Below, piece by piece: positions 1-9,335 of a DNA stretch of 64,000 nucleotides (positions within the stretch are counted from its first letter, which is position 1; each line of letters starts with the position of its first letter). The notes below the pieces were generated by a model. It ran no database searches. It had not been told where the DNA came from and saw nothing but the letters and a program-made list of their open reading frames with translations. This DNA is from Tolypothrix carrinoi HA7290-LM1 (GTDB lineage Bacteria; Cyanobacteriota; Cyanobacteriia; Cyanobacteriales; Nostocaceae). The DNA is taken from contig JAHHIK010000030.1 in the NCBI GenBank assembly GCA_019358935.1, positions 1 to 64,000 on the forward strand. The letters are read 5' to 3'. Both the position numbers and the translations under genes were made by a program.

Positions 1-126
1 CCAGTTCTTCCGGAGCCAACTGGAGAAGCGTTTCACGGTCTAGTTTCACAGGCAGGTCTTTTTCCATAATTGTGATATTCCGCCTGAGATGTCACACTTG
101 TCAATACCCCTGACCTGAATCCTTAC
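1..126 (-). mobile_element. Left end of a probable IS66-family element; transposase starts at 67 and runs off the window
   Basis: Minus strand begins GTAAGGATTCAGGTCAGGGG (IS66-type GTAA terminus) at 126. A TTGACA box follows, then ATG at 67 giving MEKDLPVKLDRETLLQLAPEEL, which resembles cyanobacterial IS66 transposase N-termini. Only 22 codons are visible. Confidence 0.6.
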
Positions 127-162
127 GATATTACTTAAATATCACACTACTATACTAAGACT

Positions 163-1383
163 TTAACCAGCCTGGGCTTCAGAGTTATTGTTACGAATAG
201 CCCATGCAAGTTCTAGAAGTTGAGTCCAGCGCTTTTGCAGTTGTTTGGGGGTGCATTTAATTGCTTTGGCGATCGCCTGATCGCTATGTTTTGCGCTTTT
301 CAACTGCAAGATTTGCTGTTGCTGCGGTGAAAGTTGGCTCAAAAACATTTCCCACTGCTGCGAAGATAGTCCCAGCTTGTGATCCAAACTTGCACCCAAC
401 CATTGATGTACTAATTGCCAATGGTGTTGTTTGGAGAACTTTTCTACATGATATTTAAAACGCTGTTGTAGATAGTCGCGCTGACGACTGGTTAAACCGA
501 GAATCGAGTCAATTTCTGGTGCTGACAAATCTTGAAGTTTCAAGGTGAGATAATCAACGCAGTCAGATTGACCTTGAGATTCTAGATATTTTACCAACTC
601 AGCGATAACGCGATCGCGCTCAGATTCTTCAGCCGGATCGAAACTAGCTTGGGCAAGCATTTGCGATCGCACTTGTTGCACTGCCGAGTTACGCTGATAA
701 GATTCTCCTTCTTCACCCTTAGCAGATTCCACCGCCATTTCAATATCAACCGTAGTTTCCTGCGGTTGACGACGGGCAAAACCTTGGGCACGCAGTATAA
801 TCAATTGCTGATTAGCACCACCTGGTAAATTAATCCGGCGTTTGGCATACTGCTCTGTAAACGCCATGTATTCTGCTAATTCCAACTGAGTGCGGGGAGT
901 GTAATTTTCCGGTAATTCGTTTTCCCGCCGAAAAGCTTTGATCGCTTCGATGTAAAATGCTTGTAAGAAATCTTCAATCAGATTGTAACGAGCCTCAAAT
1001 TTTAACTCGCCGCTCGCTGTCGCAATGTGTCGGTAAACAATCGCACCAAGATGACTATGTAATTCTACGCGCCCTTGCTTGGAACCCAATTGATAGTAAC
1101 GCAGGCATTTTTGCAGGCGATGCCTTGCTAATGTTAGCTGCCAAGACTTAACTTCCCCAGAATTTTGAATACGATAACTCTTATCGCAAATGCGCTCTAC
1201 TTCTTTGGCAATGCGTTTTACTACAGCTTCTACACTTGCAGGTGTAGCTTTCACAGCCGCTTGCATTTCCTTACATAGCAGCTTTATCAAAGCATCGGCG
1301 TTGCTTGCTGACAATTCTTCGTTCGTAACATAGCTGTCTAAAGATGGCTCAGAAATTGGTAGATTGGCGAGGTTAAATTTCAT
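163..1383 (-). CDS. HetZ-related protein (HetZ paralog)
   Basis: 406 aa with HetZ-family motifs RHRLQKCLRYYQLGS.QGRVELHS and LELAEYMAFTE.Y.KRRI, plus a C-terminal HTH-like region. No patU downstream. Confidence 0.8.
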   Translation of the reverse strand: MKFNLANLPISEPSLDSYVTNEELSASNADALIKLLCKEMQAAVKATPASVEAVVKRIAKEVERICDKSYRIQNSGEVKSWQLTLARHRLQKCLRYYQLGSKQGRVELHSHLGAIVYRHIATASGELKFEARYNLIEDFLQAFYIEAIKAFRRENELPENYTPRTQLELAEYMAFTEQYAKRRINLPGGANQQLIILRAQGFARRQPQETTVDIEMAVESAKGEEGESYQRNSAVQQVRSQMLAQASFDPAEESERDRVIAELVKYLESQGQSDCVDYLTLKLQDLSAPEIDSILGLTSRQRDYLQQRFKYHVEKFSKQHHWQLVHQWLGASLDHKLGLSSQQWEMFLSQLSPQQQQILQLKSAKHSDQAIAKAIKCTPKQLQKRWTQLLELAWAIRNNNSEAQAG

Positions 1384-1729
1384 GACTTTTCCTAGGAGGG
1401 GTATAGCACCGTAACTTCAAGCAGACACAGCATTTAAAGCAAGTGCTTCATAATTCGCCGCAAGCGCTGCTCACATATATGTATGACTGTAAAGAATATG
1501 CAAAAGTTACGGGGATGCCGGTGTGTCGGTTTTTTCATCAGCAACCAGATAGCGACTGGCACAAGGCTATGTGCCAATGCCTAAAATCGGTTATAACCGT
1601 TGCTGTGCCGACTTTTGCCGCCATCCCGATTGTAGCCGCTCCCAGCGCGATCGGTATGACAATATGAAAACTGGAGCATCTTTTTTGTCATTTTCCGAAA
1701 TTACCGGGGCAGTATGTGAAGTAAACTTA

Positions 1730-2386
1730 TTACACCCAAGCTACTGCTTCCTCCCAGCCTAAACCCCGTCTAGTAATCGTTGGTTCCTCTCCCGTCAAAT
1801 CCAAAATAGTAGACACTTCATATGTGGGTTCCTCGCCAGTATCCACAATAACATCTACCACATTGTCCAAACGGTCAAATAAATCTGCTCGCGACAGGAT
1901 ATCTTCTATATCTACCTCAATTTCCTCATCTTCTTTATCTGCGGGCAAATGTGCCGAAGTCGAAATAATCGGATTTTCTAAAGCTGCCAATAACGCCAAA
2001 CACACTGGATGATTTGGTACGCGAATCCCGGTAGTTTTCCGCTTGGGACTTTGCACCAGTCGCGGTACTAACTTGGTCGCAGGTAACAAAAATGTGTAAG
2101 GTCCAGGAATCAAGCGCTTCATAATCCGATAAGCTGTGTCACTCACCAAAGCATAAGTTGCCACATTTGAAAGGGAAGGACACAAAAACGTCAGTGGTTT
2201 ATCATTTGCTAGCTGTTTAATTTGCCGCACTCGTTCCACCGCCGATTTAGCATTCAAGTCACAACCGATCGCGTAAACTGTATCGGTAGGGTAAAGCATT
2301 ACTGCTCCACCAGCAAGTGCTTCCTTTATTTCTTGTATTCGACGGCTTTGGGGATTATCAGGATGGACAGAGAAAATTGTTGCCAT
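1730..2386 (-). CDS. Sua5/YciO/YrdC family L-threonylcarbamoyladenylate synthase
   Basis: Motifs YPTDTVYAIGC, PGPYTF, GIRVP, STSA. Confidence 0.9.
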   Translation of the reverse strand: MATIFSVHPDNPQSRRIQEIKEALAGGAVMLYPTDTVYAIGCDLNAKSAVERVRQIKQLANDKPLTFLCPSLSNVATYALVSDTAYRIMKRLIPGPYTFLLPATKLVPRLVQSPKRKTTGIRVPNHPVCLALLAALENPIISTSAHLPADKEDEEIEVDIEDILSRADLFDRLDNVVDVIVDTGEEPTYEVSTILDLTGEEPTITRRGLGWEEAVAWV

Positions 2387-2429
2387 AAGGGAGGGGAGGG
2401 GGGAGGGGGCAGGGGGCAGGGGGCAGGGG

Positions 2430-2547
2430 GGACAAGGGGAGCCAGCGCCGTGCGGAGGTTCCCTCCGTTGAGGCGACTGGCGTGGACAAGGGGAGCCAGC
2501 GCCGTGCGGAGGTTCCCTCCGTTGAGGCGACTGGCGTGGACAAGGGG
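2430..2547. repeat. Two tandem 54-bp copies containing a structured ~45-bp dispersed repeat, next to a G-rich STRR
   Basis: GGACAAGGGGAGCCAGCGCCGTGCGGAGGTTCCCTCCGTTGAGGCGACTGGCGT at 2430 and 2484, with a partial third copy at 2538. Confidence 0.9.
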
Positions 2548-2593
2548 GATGACTCTTGACTGTTGACTAATAATTAAATTATCAGGAAAAAAT

Positions 2594-3865
2594 ATGAGTA
2601 AATTCGCTTATATTCAATGTCCGACGGGTATTTCTGGTGATATGTGTCTGGGAGCGTTGGTAAGTCTAGGTGTTCCGGAAGAATATTTAATTGAAAAACT
2701 GAATAAGTTGGGAATTGAGCATGAGTATCAGTTAAGAGCAGAATTTGTTCATCGCAACGGTCAGCAGGCAACTAAAGTTCATGTAGATTTAACTCACCAC
2801 CATCATCATGAGGATGAACACCATCACCATCACGGACGCCATCTGCCAGAAATTGAGCAGATGATTCTCAAAGCAGAGTTGCCAACACGAGCATCAGCTT
2901 GGAGTTTGGCGGTATTCCGGCAGCTAGCAGTGGCAGAAGGAGCGGTGCATGGCATTGCACCGGAAAAAGTTCATTTTCATGAAGTGGGTGCGGTGGATGC
3001 GATCGCTGATATTGTCGGTACAAGTCTTGGGTTGGATTGGTTGGGCATTGACAGCAACGATAAAGGAATGCCCTTACTATACTGCTCGGCGTTACCGACT
3101 GGTGGGGGAACGGTTCGCGCTGCACACGGTTTGATGGCAGTACCAGTACCCGCTGTGTTGAAGTTGTGGGAAATGCGGGGTTGTCCGGTTTATAGTAACG
3201 GCATTGACAAGGAATTGGTGACACCCACAGGAGCTGCGATCGCTACTACTTTAGCGGCTGATTTTGGTGCCCCACCACCAATGACAATTAAACAAGTAGG
3301 ATTGGGAGCGGGTTCAATTAATTTACCGATTCCGAATATTTTACAACTTTGGCTGGGTGAAAGTACAATTTCTACTGTTGATAATAGCTTGATAGAAACA
3401 ATATCAATATTAGAAACTCAAATTGATGATTTAAATCCGCAGGCGATCGGTTATGTTTTTGAAGCGTTATTTGCCGCTGGTGCTGTGGATGTGTTTACAC
3501 AGGCGATCGGCATGAAAAAATCTCGTCCTGGAATTCTACTAACTGTAATTTGCCATCCGGAAAATTTACTTAAATGTGAAGCCATTTTATTTCGTGAAAC
3601 TACCACTTTAGGAATTCGTCGCTCTACTCAACAACGCGCCATCTTACAACGGGAAATTCAACAAGTAGAAACTCAATATGGTGTAGTGCGCGTAAAAGTT
3701 GCATGGATGGGGAAAGAAGTTATTGCCAACGTGCAGCCAGAATATGAAGATTGTGCAGAATTAGCGCGAAAACATAATATTCCCTGGCGCGAAATTCAGC
3801 AGATGGCATTACACAATTGGCATACAAAAAATAATATATACCAGTCCGATCAATCGAAGAAGTGA
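2594..3865 (+). CDS. larC: Nickel pincer cofactor biosynthesis protein LarC family
   Basis: GISGDMCLGAL, His-rich linker, VHFHEVGAVD, ELVTPTGAA, ETTTLGIR, PEYEDC. Confidence 0.92.
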   Translation: MSKFAYIQCPTGISGDMCLGALVSLGVPEEYLIEKLNKLGIEHEYQLRAEFVHRNGQQATKVHVDLTHHHHHEDEHHHHHGRHLPEIEQMILKAELPTRASAWSLAVFRQLAVAEGAVHGIAPEKVHFHEVGAVDAIADIVGTSLGLDWLGIDSNDKGMPLLYCSALPTGGGTVRAAHGLMAVPVPAVLKLWEMRGCPVYSNGIDKELVTPTGAAIATTLAADFGAPPPMTIKQVGLGAGSINLPIPNILQLWLGESTISTVDNSLIETISILETQIDDLNPQAIGYVFEALFAAGAVDVFTQAIGMKKSRPGILLTVICHPENLLKCEAILFRETTTLGIRRSTQQRAILQREIQQVETQYGVVRVKVAWMGKEVIANVQPEYEDCAELARKHNIPWREIQQMALHNWHTKNNIYQSDQSKK

Positions 3866-3944
3866 AAAGTTAAATTCCCGACTTCTTTAAGAAATCGGGA
3901 ATCAGTTCCACCGCCGTTTATAAAGGTGTTTGGAAGACCTTTAT

Positions 3945-4493
3945 TTAATCAGCCTCTCTAACTGTTCTGTTCACAGCGCTGGTTGCATCTTCAGCTGTAC
4001 GCTGAACATTTGTCTTGGCATCATCAGCCGCACCTTTAGCACCTTTTGTCAAGTCATCGGCAGCATTCTTAGTGTTGTCTTTGATATTTTCAATTCCTCG
4101 CTGAACTCCCTTGGCGAAATTATCAGCGGAATTGCCAACTTTCTGTTTTGTACCCTCAGCGGTTTGCTGAAGGTTTTTGCCAAGGGGGTTTTCGCCCGTA
4201 GGACTTGTTTTGTTAGTGAGGTGTTGTTCAGCGTTTTCCTTGAGAGCTTCAGTTTTGGTTTTGACATCAGTTGATCTGGGATCTGTATCGCTGAAGTTAT
4301 TCATTCCACCTTCGTAGGAATTAAGAACTTTATCACCTTTGGGAACGGATAATTCCGAATTAGCTCCTGCTTTTGGTTCTCCTGCTGTTACCGGACCACA
4401 AGCTTGTGTAACAATCAGTAAAACCCCCATACACAAAACCGTCAATATTTTGATTGGGCGAATATTTTTTACCCAAGCAATTACTTTGCTCAT
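3945..4493 (-). CDS. Hypothetical hydrophilic LEA-like protein, probable lipoprotein
   Basis: Hydrophobic N-terminus ending in TQAC; K/A/D/T-rich amphipathic repeats. Confidence 0.65.
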   Translation of the reverse strand: MSKVIAWVKNIRPIKILTVLCMGVLLIVTQACGPVTAGEPKAGANSELSVPKGDKVLNSYEGGMNNFSDTDPRSTDVKTKTEALKENAEQHLTNKTSPTGENPLGKNLQQTAEGTKQKVGNSADNFAKGVQRGIENIKDNTKNAADDLTKGAKGAADDAKTNVQRTAEDATSAVNRTVREAD

Positions 4494-4609
4494 GTTGTTA
4501 CTCCTTGTGTTTGTGTGAATAAGTTAAACTTTAACTAAGATAACCGAATGATTTTAAGTTTGAGATTTTGGATTTATGCACAATCTCAAACTTAAGGTAA
4601 AAAAGGGTT

Positions 4610-5167
4610 TTATTTGGGTGCTGCATTTGGATTGACTTCAGGTCTTGCACCCGCTTCATCTGCCTTGTCTTTCAAAAAGCCCGAAGCCTCTTTTACTTCC
4701 TCTTGAACAATCTCAAGTCGGTCTTTAACTCGCTCGCCCAAATCTGGGTTGCGTTGATTCAAACCACCTGGTTCAGGGCGAAAGTTTTTCTCAGTTATGA
4801 TTGGTAATTCGGCTTCTTTTTCAGCTCTACCTTTTGGTGTTTCTGCACCTGGGTAAAGTATCTTTGATTCATCATTTGCGGCAATCAATAGTTGTCCGCT
4901 TGGCTGTATACTAGCTTGATCGCCCTTATTTGCTTTGGTGTTATTAACTTTAGGATCTGTGGACAAATTGTAGTTTGTGTATTTGTCCCCACCACTTTTA
5001 TAAGGATTGTTTGCCCCACCAGCTTGCACAGCCGGATTTTGGGGATTTGCACCTTGAGCATTTGCCCCACTACAAGCAGTGCTAACTAACAATAAAAAAG
5101 AAGCAAAAAAAACTATTACAATCTGGCGCAGTTGTAATTTTTTCCAAAAAGCTCTCAAACCGTTCAC
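4610..5167 (-). CDS. Conserved cyanobacterial hypothetical lipoprotein (DUF6658-like)
   Basis: Lipobox-like VSTAC; NPAVQAGGANNPY motif. Confidence 0.6.
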   Translation of the reverse strand: MNGLRAFWKKLQLRQIVIVFFASFLLLVSTACSGANAQGANPQNPAVQAGGANNPYKSGGDKYTNYNLSTDPKVNNTKANKGDQASIQPSGQLLIAANDESKILYPGAETPKGRAEKEAELPIITEKNFRPEPGGLNQRNPDLGERVKDRLEIVQEEVKEASGFLKDKADEAGARPEVNPNAAPK

Positions 5168-5715
5168 GAAGTCCTCCTTTCAACTTGAACAAACCAATTT
5201 TTTTCAGTCAACAGATTTGTTTACCTTTAAGTTGATGAATATTTAATCAACGCTTGTCAAGCTTAAAGTAAAAAAGGCAACCTTTGCCTCTAGCGAAGGT
5301 CACATTTTCACTACTACATTCACGTCATCGTTCTCTAACTTAAGAGAGATATAAGCTACTATAATTAGCTTTGCATTCGATGCATGTTAATTTTGTTTTA
5401 TTCTATCTTATATGAATATTTAGTTATCAATTTATGCTTGCTTATGTCAGCCTTGAGATTGAAGTTAATTAGTCTATGGGAAACTCTCGATGCGGCTTTA
5501 CATAAAATTACACAAAATTTGTAGTTGTTCGCCGTTTTGAAAGAAGGAGAATGCCAACACTGATTTTTAATTTAGGAAAAAATTTAATGATGATGAGGAT
5601 ATGAAAACTTGTTAAGAGAAGTTCACATTTTTAGAAAACCTGGGTATATATGGCTAATTCACCATAATATTTTAGGTGTTCAGCCATAGAAAAGTTTATC
5701 AGTTAAATTACCAAA

Positions 5716-6639
5716 ATGATGAAGCAATTTTTACGCTGGCTAATTTTGGGGGGAACGCTATTTTTTTTAGCCAGAGCTTTTAAGGATCACTGGCTTGAGG
5801 TGACAGCCATCCGCATTGATGCAGTTGGATGGGCAATTATAGCGATCGCCACAGGCGTAACAATGCTAGCACACACTTGGGCAGGCTGGGTATGGACTTG
5901 GGTTCTGCAAGACTTAAATCAACCTGTAGAATCTGTCCATTTTATTCAAGTTTACCTGAAAACAAACATCGCCAAGTATTTGCCAGGTAATATCTGGCAT
6001 CACTACGGGCGAATTGTCGCCGCCAAAAATGCCAATGTTTCACCAAGCGCAGCCACCTTGAGCGTATTACTAGAACCGTTACTGATGGCAGCAGCTGCTT
6101 TAATTATCATTGTCTCACTTGGTGGCACATTTGCAGCAGGCAATGTCAACTTGTTCGCGCAAATAGCCCAACTGCTAACTTTGCTGGGAGTGCTTTGTGT
6201 AGTTCATCCCCGATTTTTAAATTTGGCAATTAGGTTTTTGCAACGTTTGAAGGGGAGAATGTCTAATACTACTACCGAGTCAAACCCTAGGGTGAGTATT
6301 AGACGCTATCCCGTGCGACCATTGTTAGGAGAACTCGGCTTTTTAGGACTGCGAAGCGCTGGGTTTATATTAACTATGTTTGCTTTGGGTCCGTTGAATT
6401 TCAGTCAAATTCCTTTATTAATCGCTGCTTTTAGTTTCGCTTGGTTAGTGGGGTTTGTTGTTCCTGGGGCACCTGGGGGTTTGGGTGTATTTGAAGCCAC
6501 AGCGATCGCCTTATTACAAAATCGCTTTCCGGCTGCTATAGTCATTAGTGCGATCGCTCTCTATCGTCTGATTAGCATTATCGCTGAAACCGCTGGTGCT
6601 GCATTAGCTTGGCTCGACGAACGTCAAACTCAATCATAA
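5716..6639 (+). CDS. UPF0104 / lysylphosphatidylglycerol synthase TM-domain membrane protein
   Basis: Multi-TM protein with AKYLPGNIW and PGAPGGLGVFE motifs. Confidence 0.85.
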   Translation: MMKQFLRWLILGGTLFFLARAFKDHWLEVTAIRIDAVGWAIIAIATGVTMLAHTWAGWVWTWVLQDLNQPVESVHFIQVYLKTNIAKYLPGNIWHHYGRIVAAKNANVSPSAATLSVLLEPLLMAAAALIIIVSLGGTFAAGNVNLFAQIAQLLTLLGVLCVVHPRFLNLAIRFLQRLKGRMSNTTTESNPRVSIRRYPVRPLLGELGFLGLRSAGFILTMFALGPLNFSQIPLLIAAFSFAWLVGFVVPGAPGGLGVFEATAIALLQNRFPAAIVISAIALYRLISIIAETAGAALAWLDERQTQS

Positions 6640-6654
6640 GTGCGATCGTGCGCT

Positions 6655-6870
6655 CGTTAGGAGTTAGGAGTTAGGAATTAGGAATTAGGTAGAGACGTTC
6701 CACACCGAACGTCTGTACGAGGAATTAGGAGTTAGGAATTAGGAGTTAGGAGTTAGGAATTAAAAGTTAAAAGTCAAAAATCACCCTTGTCCCCCTTGTC
6801 CCCCTTGTCCCCCTGTCTCCTTGTCTCCCTGTCCCCCTGTCCCCCCATCCCCCATCCCCCCATCTCCCCT
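6655..6870. repeat. STRR tracts (TTAGGAG/TTAGGAA; CCCCTTGTC) with an embedded GTAGAGACGTTC..GAACGTCT palindrome
   Basis: Tandem 7-9-mers seen directly. Confidence 0.9.
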
Positions 6871-8196
6871 CCGAAGTGCATCTACTTTTAACTGAGAAAA
6901 CACACGATAGCCATCTAAATTCACCTTTGGTTGAGAGGTTTGCTCATCTTGTTTCATGTTAATCAAGTTATATTCAACGTTTTCTGCATAAATTGCAAAA
7001 GTGATATTAAAAATTTCTATAAAATTAATAACCCATTGGCATTCCTCTTCTGGATAGTTATCGTAATAACCAATCAAATCAGCCATCCTAATTTCTAAAT
7101 GACTGCGGGCATTTTTACAAATCAAAATTACTTTTAGCAGTACAACCACCAATGTTAAAGGATGACCCTGAGAAAGCAATAAAACGAATAATGACGAAGG
7201 TTCTCGTCCCTTTTCTGTTGTTAGACAATCAATCACTCGGTTACAAGTTCTCAATAACAATTCTTTGCTAATAGGTTTTTCATCATATTCTTTCTTCCAA
7301 GGCGATATTTTATCTGACAACTGCTGTTTCAACGTTTCTACAAAGTCTTGGCGTTCTACAGAAAAAATCAGATATTTTTGTAAGCTGTCTTTAAAGTCTT
7401 TTAAAGTTTGATTTTGAGTCTGTCTGAGAAATATATTCGCCAGATTTTCGTGACTAAATGCACCTTTTTTTAAAACAATTGTCTTGATTAAATGCAAAAC
7501 ATTATCTCCCAAAATAGTGGGATTTATGTAGCGTGTTTCGCTTGATTTAGCAGACTGAGAACGAGCAATATACATCGCTAGTTCAAACTTAAATTTGTCT
7601 TTCATCTGCTTGGAGAGCTTTAAAGCCGCTTCTTGTTGCTCTTTTGGATTGTTTTTATCAAAAGATTGAGCAACTAATAAATATGTTGTGTAGCGATTAG
7701 TCCAATGACCTTTGTTTTGTTCTTTATGTCTAAGAGCAAATAATTTTAGTTCTTCATAGTCGTTGCTGTTAACAAAATTTATTAACCATTTTTGGTAAAT
7801 ATTTATTTTATTTGAACAAGATTCAGCAGTCCATATCTGGATTTTGTAATTAACAAATAATTCCACTAATTCTTTGATGTATTTGTGTTTTCTCTGAGAA
7901 TCCCAGTTATTAACTATAATGTAGCAACATCGCTTAAGTGTATGGCGAAACTCTTGTTCGTTATTCTCAGAAAACATTGCATATATACTTGGCGCGGAAT
8001 TGAAATCAACTGAATCAAGACAGTCTATAAATAAAAGCTTAAATTCTTTTAAAACGTCTTCTGGCGACCATTTTTGCACAATTTCTACTAAAAACTTATA
8101 AGTTCTATCTTGTGCAGTTTGCAGATTTATCTGTCTAGAGTTAGACTTAACAAAATGCTTATTTCCCTGACTTTTCTGTAATCTATTTGCGGTCAT
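6781..8196 (-). CDS. Conserved cyanobacterial hypothetical protein; the C-terminus reads through an STRR
   Basis: Long helical ORF (track 6781-8277). ATG at 8196 is the more plausible start. The Gly-rich tail is encoded by repeats. Confidence 0.7.
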   Translation of the reverse strand: MTANRLQKSQGNKHFVKSNSRQINLQTAQDRTYKFLVEIVQKWSPEDVLKEFKLLFIDCLDSVDFNSAPSIYAMFSENNEQEFRHTLKRCCYIIVNNWDSQRKHKYIKELVELFVNYKIQIWTAESCSNKINIYQKWLINFVNSNDYEELKLFALRHKEQNKGHWTNRYTTYLLVAQSFDKNNPKEQQEAALKLSKQMKDKFKFELAMYIARSQSAKSSETRYINPTILGDNVLHLIKTIVLKKGAFSHENLANIFLRQTQNQTLKDFKDSLQKYLIFSVERQDFVETLKQQLSDKISPWKKEYDEKPISKELLLRTCNRVIDCLTTEKGREPSSLFVLLLSQGHPLTLVVVLLKVILICKNARSHLEIRMADLIGYYDNYPEEECQWVINFIEIFNITFAIYAENVEYNLINMKQDEQTSQPKVNLDGYRVFSQLKVDALRRGDGGMGDGGTGGQGDKETGGQGGQGGQG

Positions 8197-8530
8197 TGCA
8201 GTTCTCAAGACCAAAAAGTTTGCCGATATTCTTATCAGCTTAACCTTGGCGAACAAGAGTATCAATCTGTTATTCAAAGATTAAGTAATCTTTTTACATA
8301 AATTTGATAAACAGGATATGAAATTAGTTGATTTACTCTGTATTTATATATATTTACGTATTGATTTATACTATTTATTGTTTTAAATACGAAGTACCTG
8401 CAATTGCCATAATTAGTAACAGGACAAAAGCTGCGTGTCACACAAAAAACGTAAATTTAGGCTCGTAGTAAGCGCTATAAGCGCTTATTTTAGGCACTTC
8501 AGTGCCTACTACAGCAACTATAAAAACGAC

Positions 8531-8555
8531 AATAGGCTTGCAGAACAAGCCTATT
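8531..8555. terminator. Hairpin downstream of tRNA-Leu
   Basis: AATAGGCTTG-cagaa-CAAGCCTATT inverted repeat. Confidence 0.6.
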
Positions 8556-8575
8556 TGAACCTTGACTTTTTTTAG

Positions 8576-8960
8576 TGGGGGTGGAGGGACTTGAACCCAC
8601 ACGACCTTTTACGGTCAACGGATTTTCATTCTCCCGCAGCTTTCGCTACTGCTTAATCGGTTTTACCTTTCGGCTTTGAGAATTGGACTCTCCCTTTACC
8701 CTCGACTTGACGTTAGGGTAGCTCCCGTCGGGTCTCTGCACCTTCCTTTAGAGTTAGGAGTTAGAAGTTAGGAGTTAGGAGTTAATTCATCACTCATCAC
8801 TCATCACTCAGCACTCACCACTCTTATCGGCTTGGCTCAGGATTGCCATGTCTGTTGCCAGATTTAGGTTTCCCTGAGTTTGAGAGCGTTCACTTGAGGG
8901 ATTTCTCCTTCAAGGCTCAGTTAGCTAAGTCCGTAGCGTCTACCATTCCGCCACACCCCC
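8576..8960 (-). tRNA. trnL: tRNA-Leu(UAA), split by a group I intron (exons 8960-8927 and 8626-8576)
   Basis: 5' exon GGGGGTGTGGCGGAATGGTAGACGCTACGGACTT; 3' exon AAAATCCGTTGACC...GGTTCAAGTCCCTCCACCCCCA. Confidence 0.97.
8627..8926 (-). ncRNA. Group I self-splicing intron of trnL(UAA), 300 nt
   Basis: Conserved blocks CTCAGGGAAACCTAAA, GGCAATCCTGAGCCAAG, AGGTGCAGAGAC and GAGAGTCCAATTCT. It ends in G and is inserted after the first anticodon U. Confidence 0.96.
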
Positions 8961-9335
8961 ATTAGCTATTTGGGATTTGCTTATTTTATTGAGGCAGCAA
9001 ATCCTCCTTATCTATTCCACCATCAATTGCGTCTTTTGTCCAACTGAATTAAAAAAATTTTTTTTTGGCTTACGGTCAGAGTAGTAAGTGGGAGACGATC
9101 GCTCGAAGACGTAGCGAATCATCAAACCTATATCAGACAAAGGTTTTCACGCTTATAGGTAGATTTTACAAAGGTCGCCATTTTATCCCAAAGCTACGCA
9201 ATTTAAATTAGTTATAGTTTAATTTCAAATTTTCTCTATACGTGTTTTCACGAGTGTTTAATATAACGATTTATCACAAAAATAGTAAAATATCCAAACC
9301 AAAAAATTTTTAGATATTCAATAAGAGTAGAACAT

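Noticed and set aside
163..1383. Calling the gene hetZ itself
   Set aside because: The N-terminus and several motifs differ from HetZ as I recall it, and patU is not adjacent.
1443..1762. Small plus-strand ORFs between the HetZ-related and Sua5 genes
   Set aside because: No recognisable motifs, and they oppose the local transcription direction.
8627..8926. Homing endonuclease in the group I intron
   Set aside because: The 300-nt intron has no room for such an ORF.
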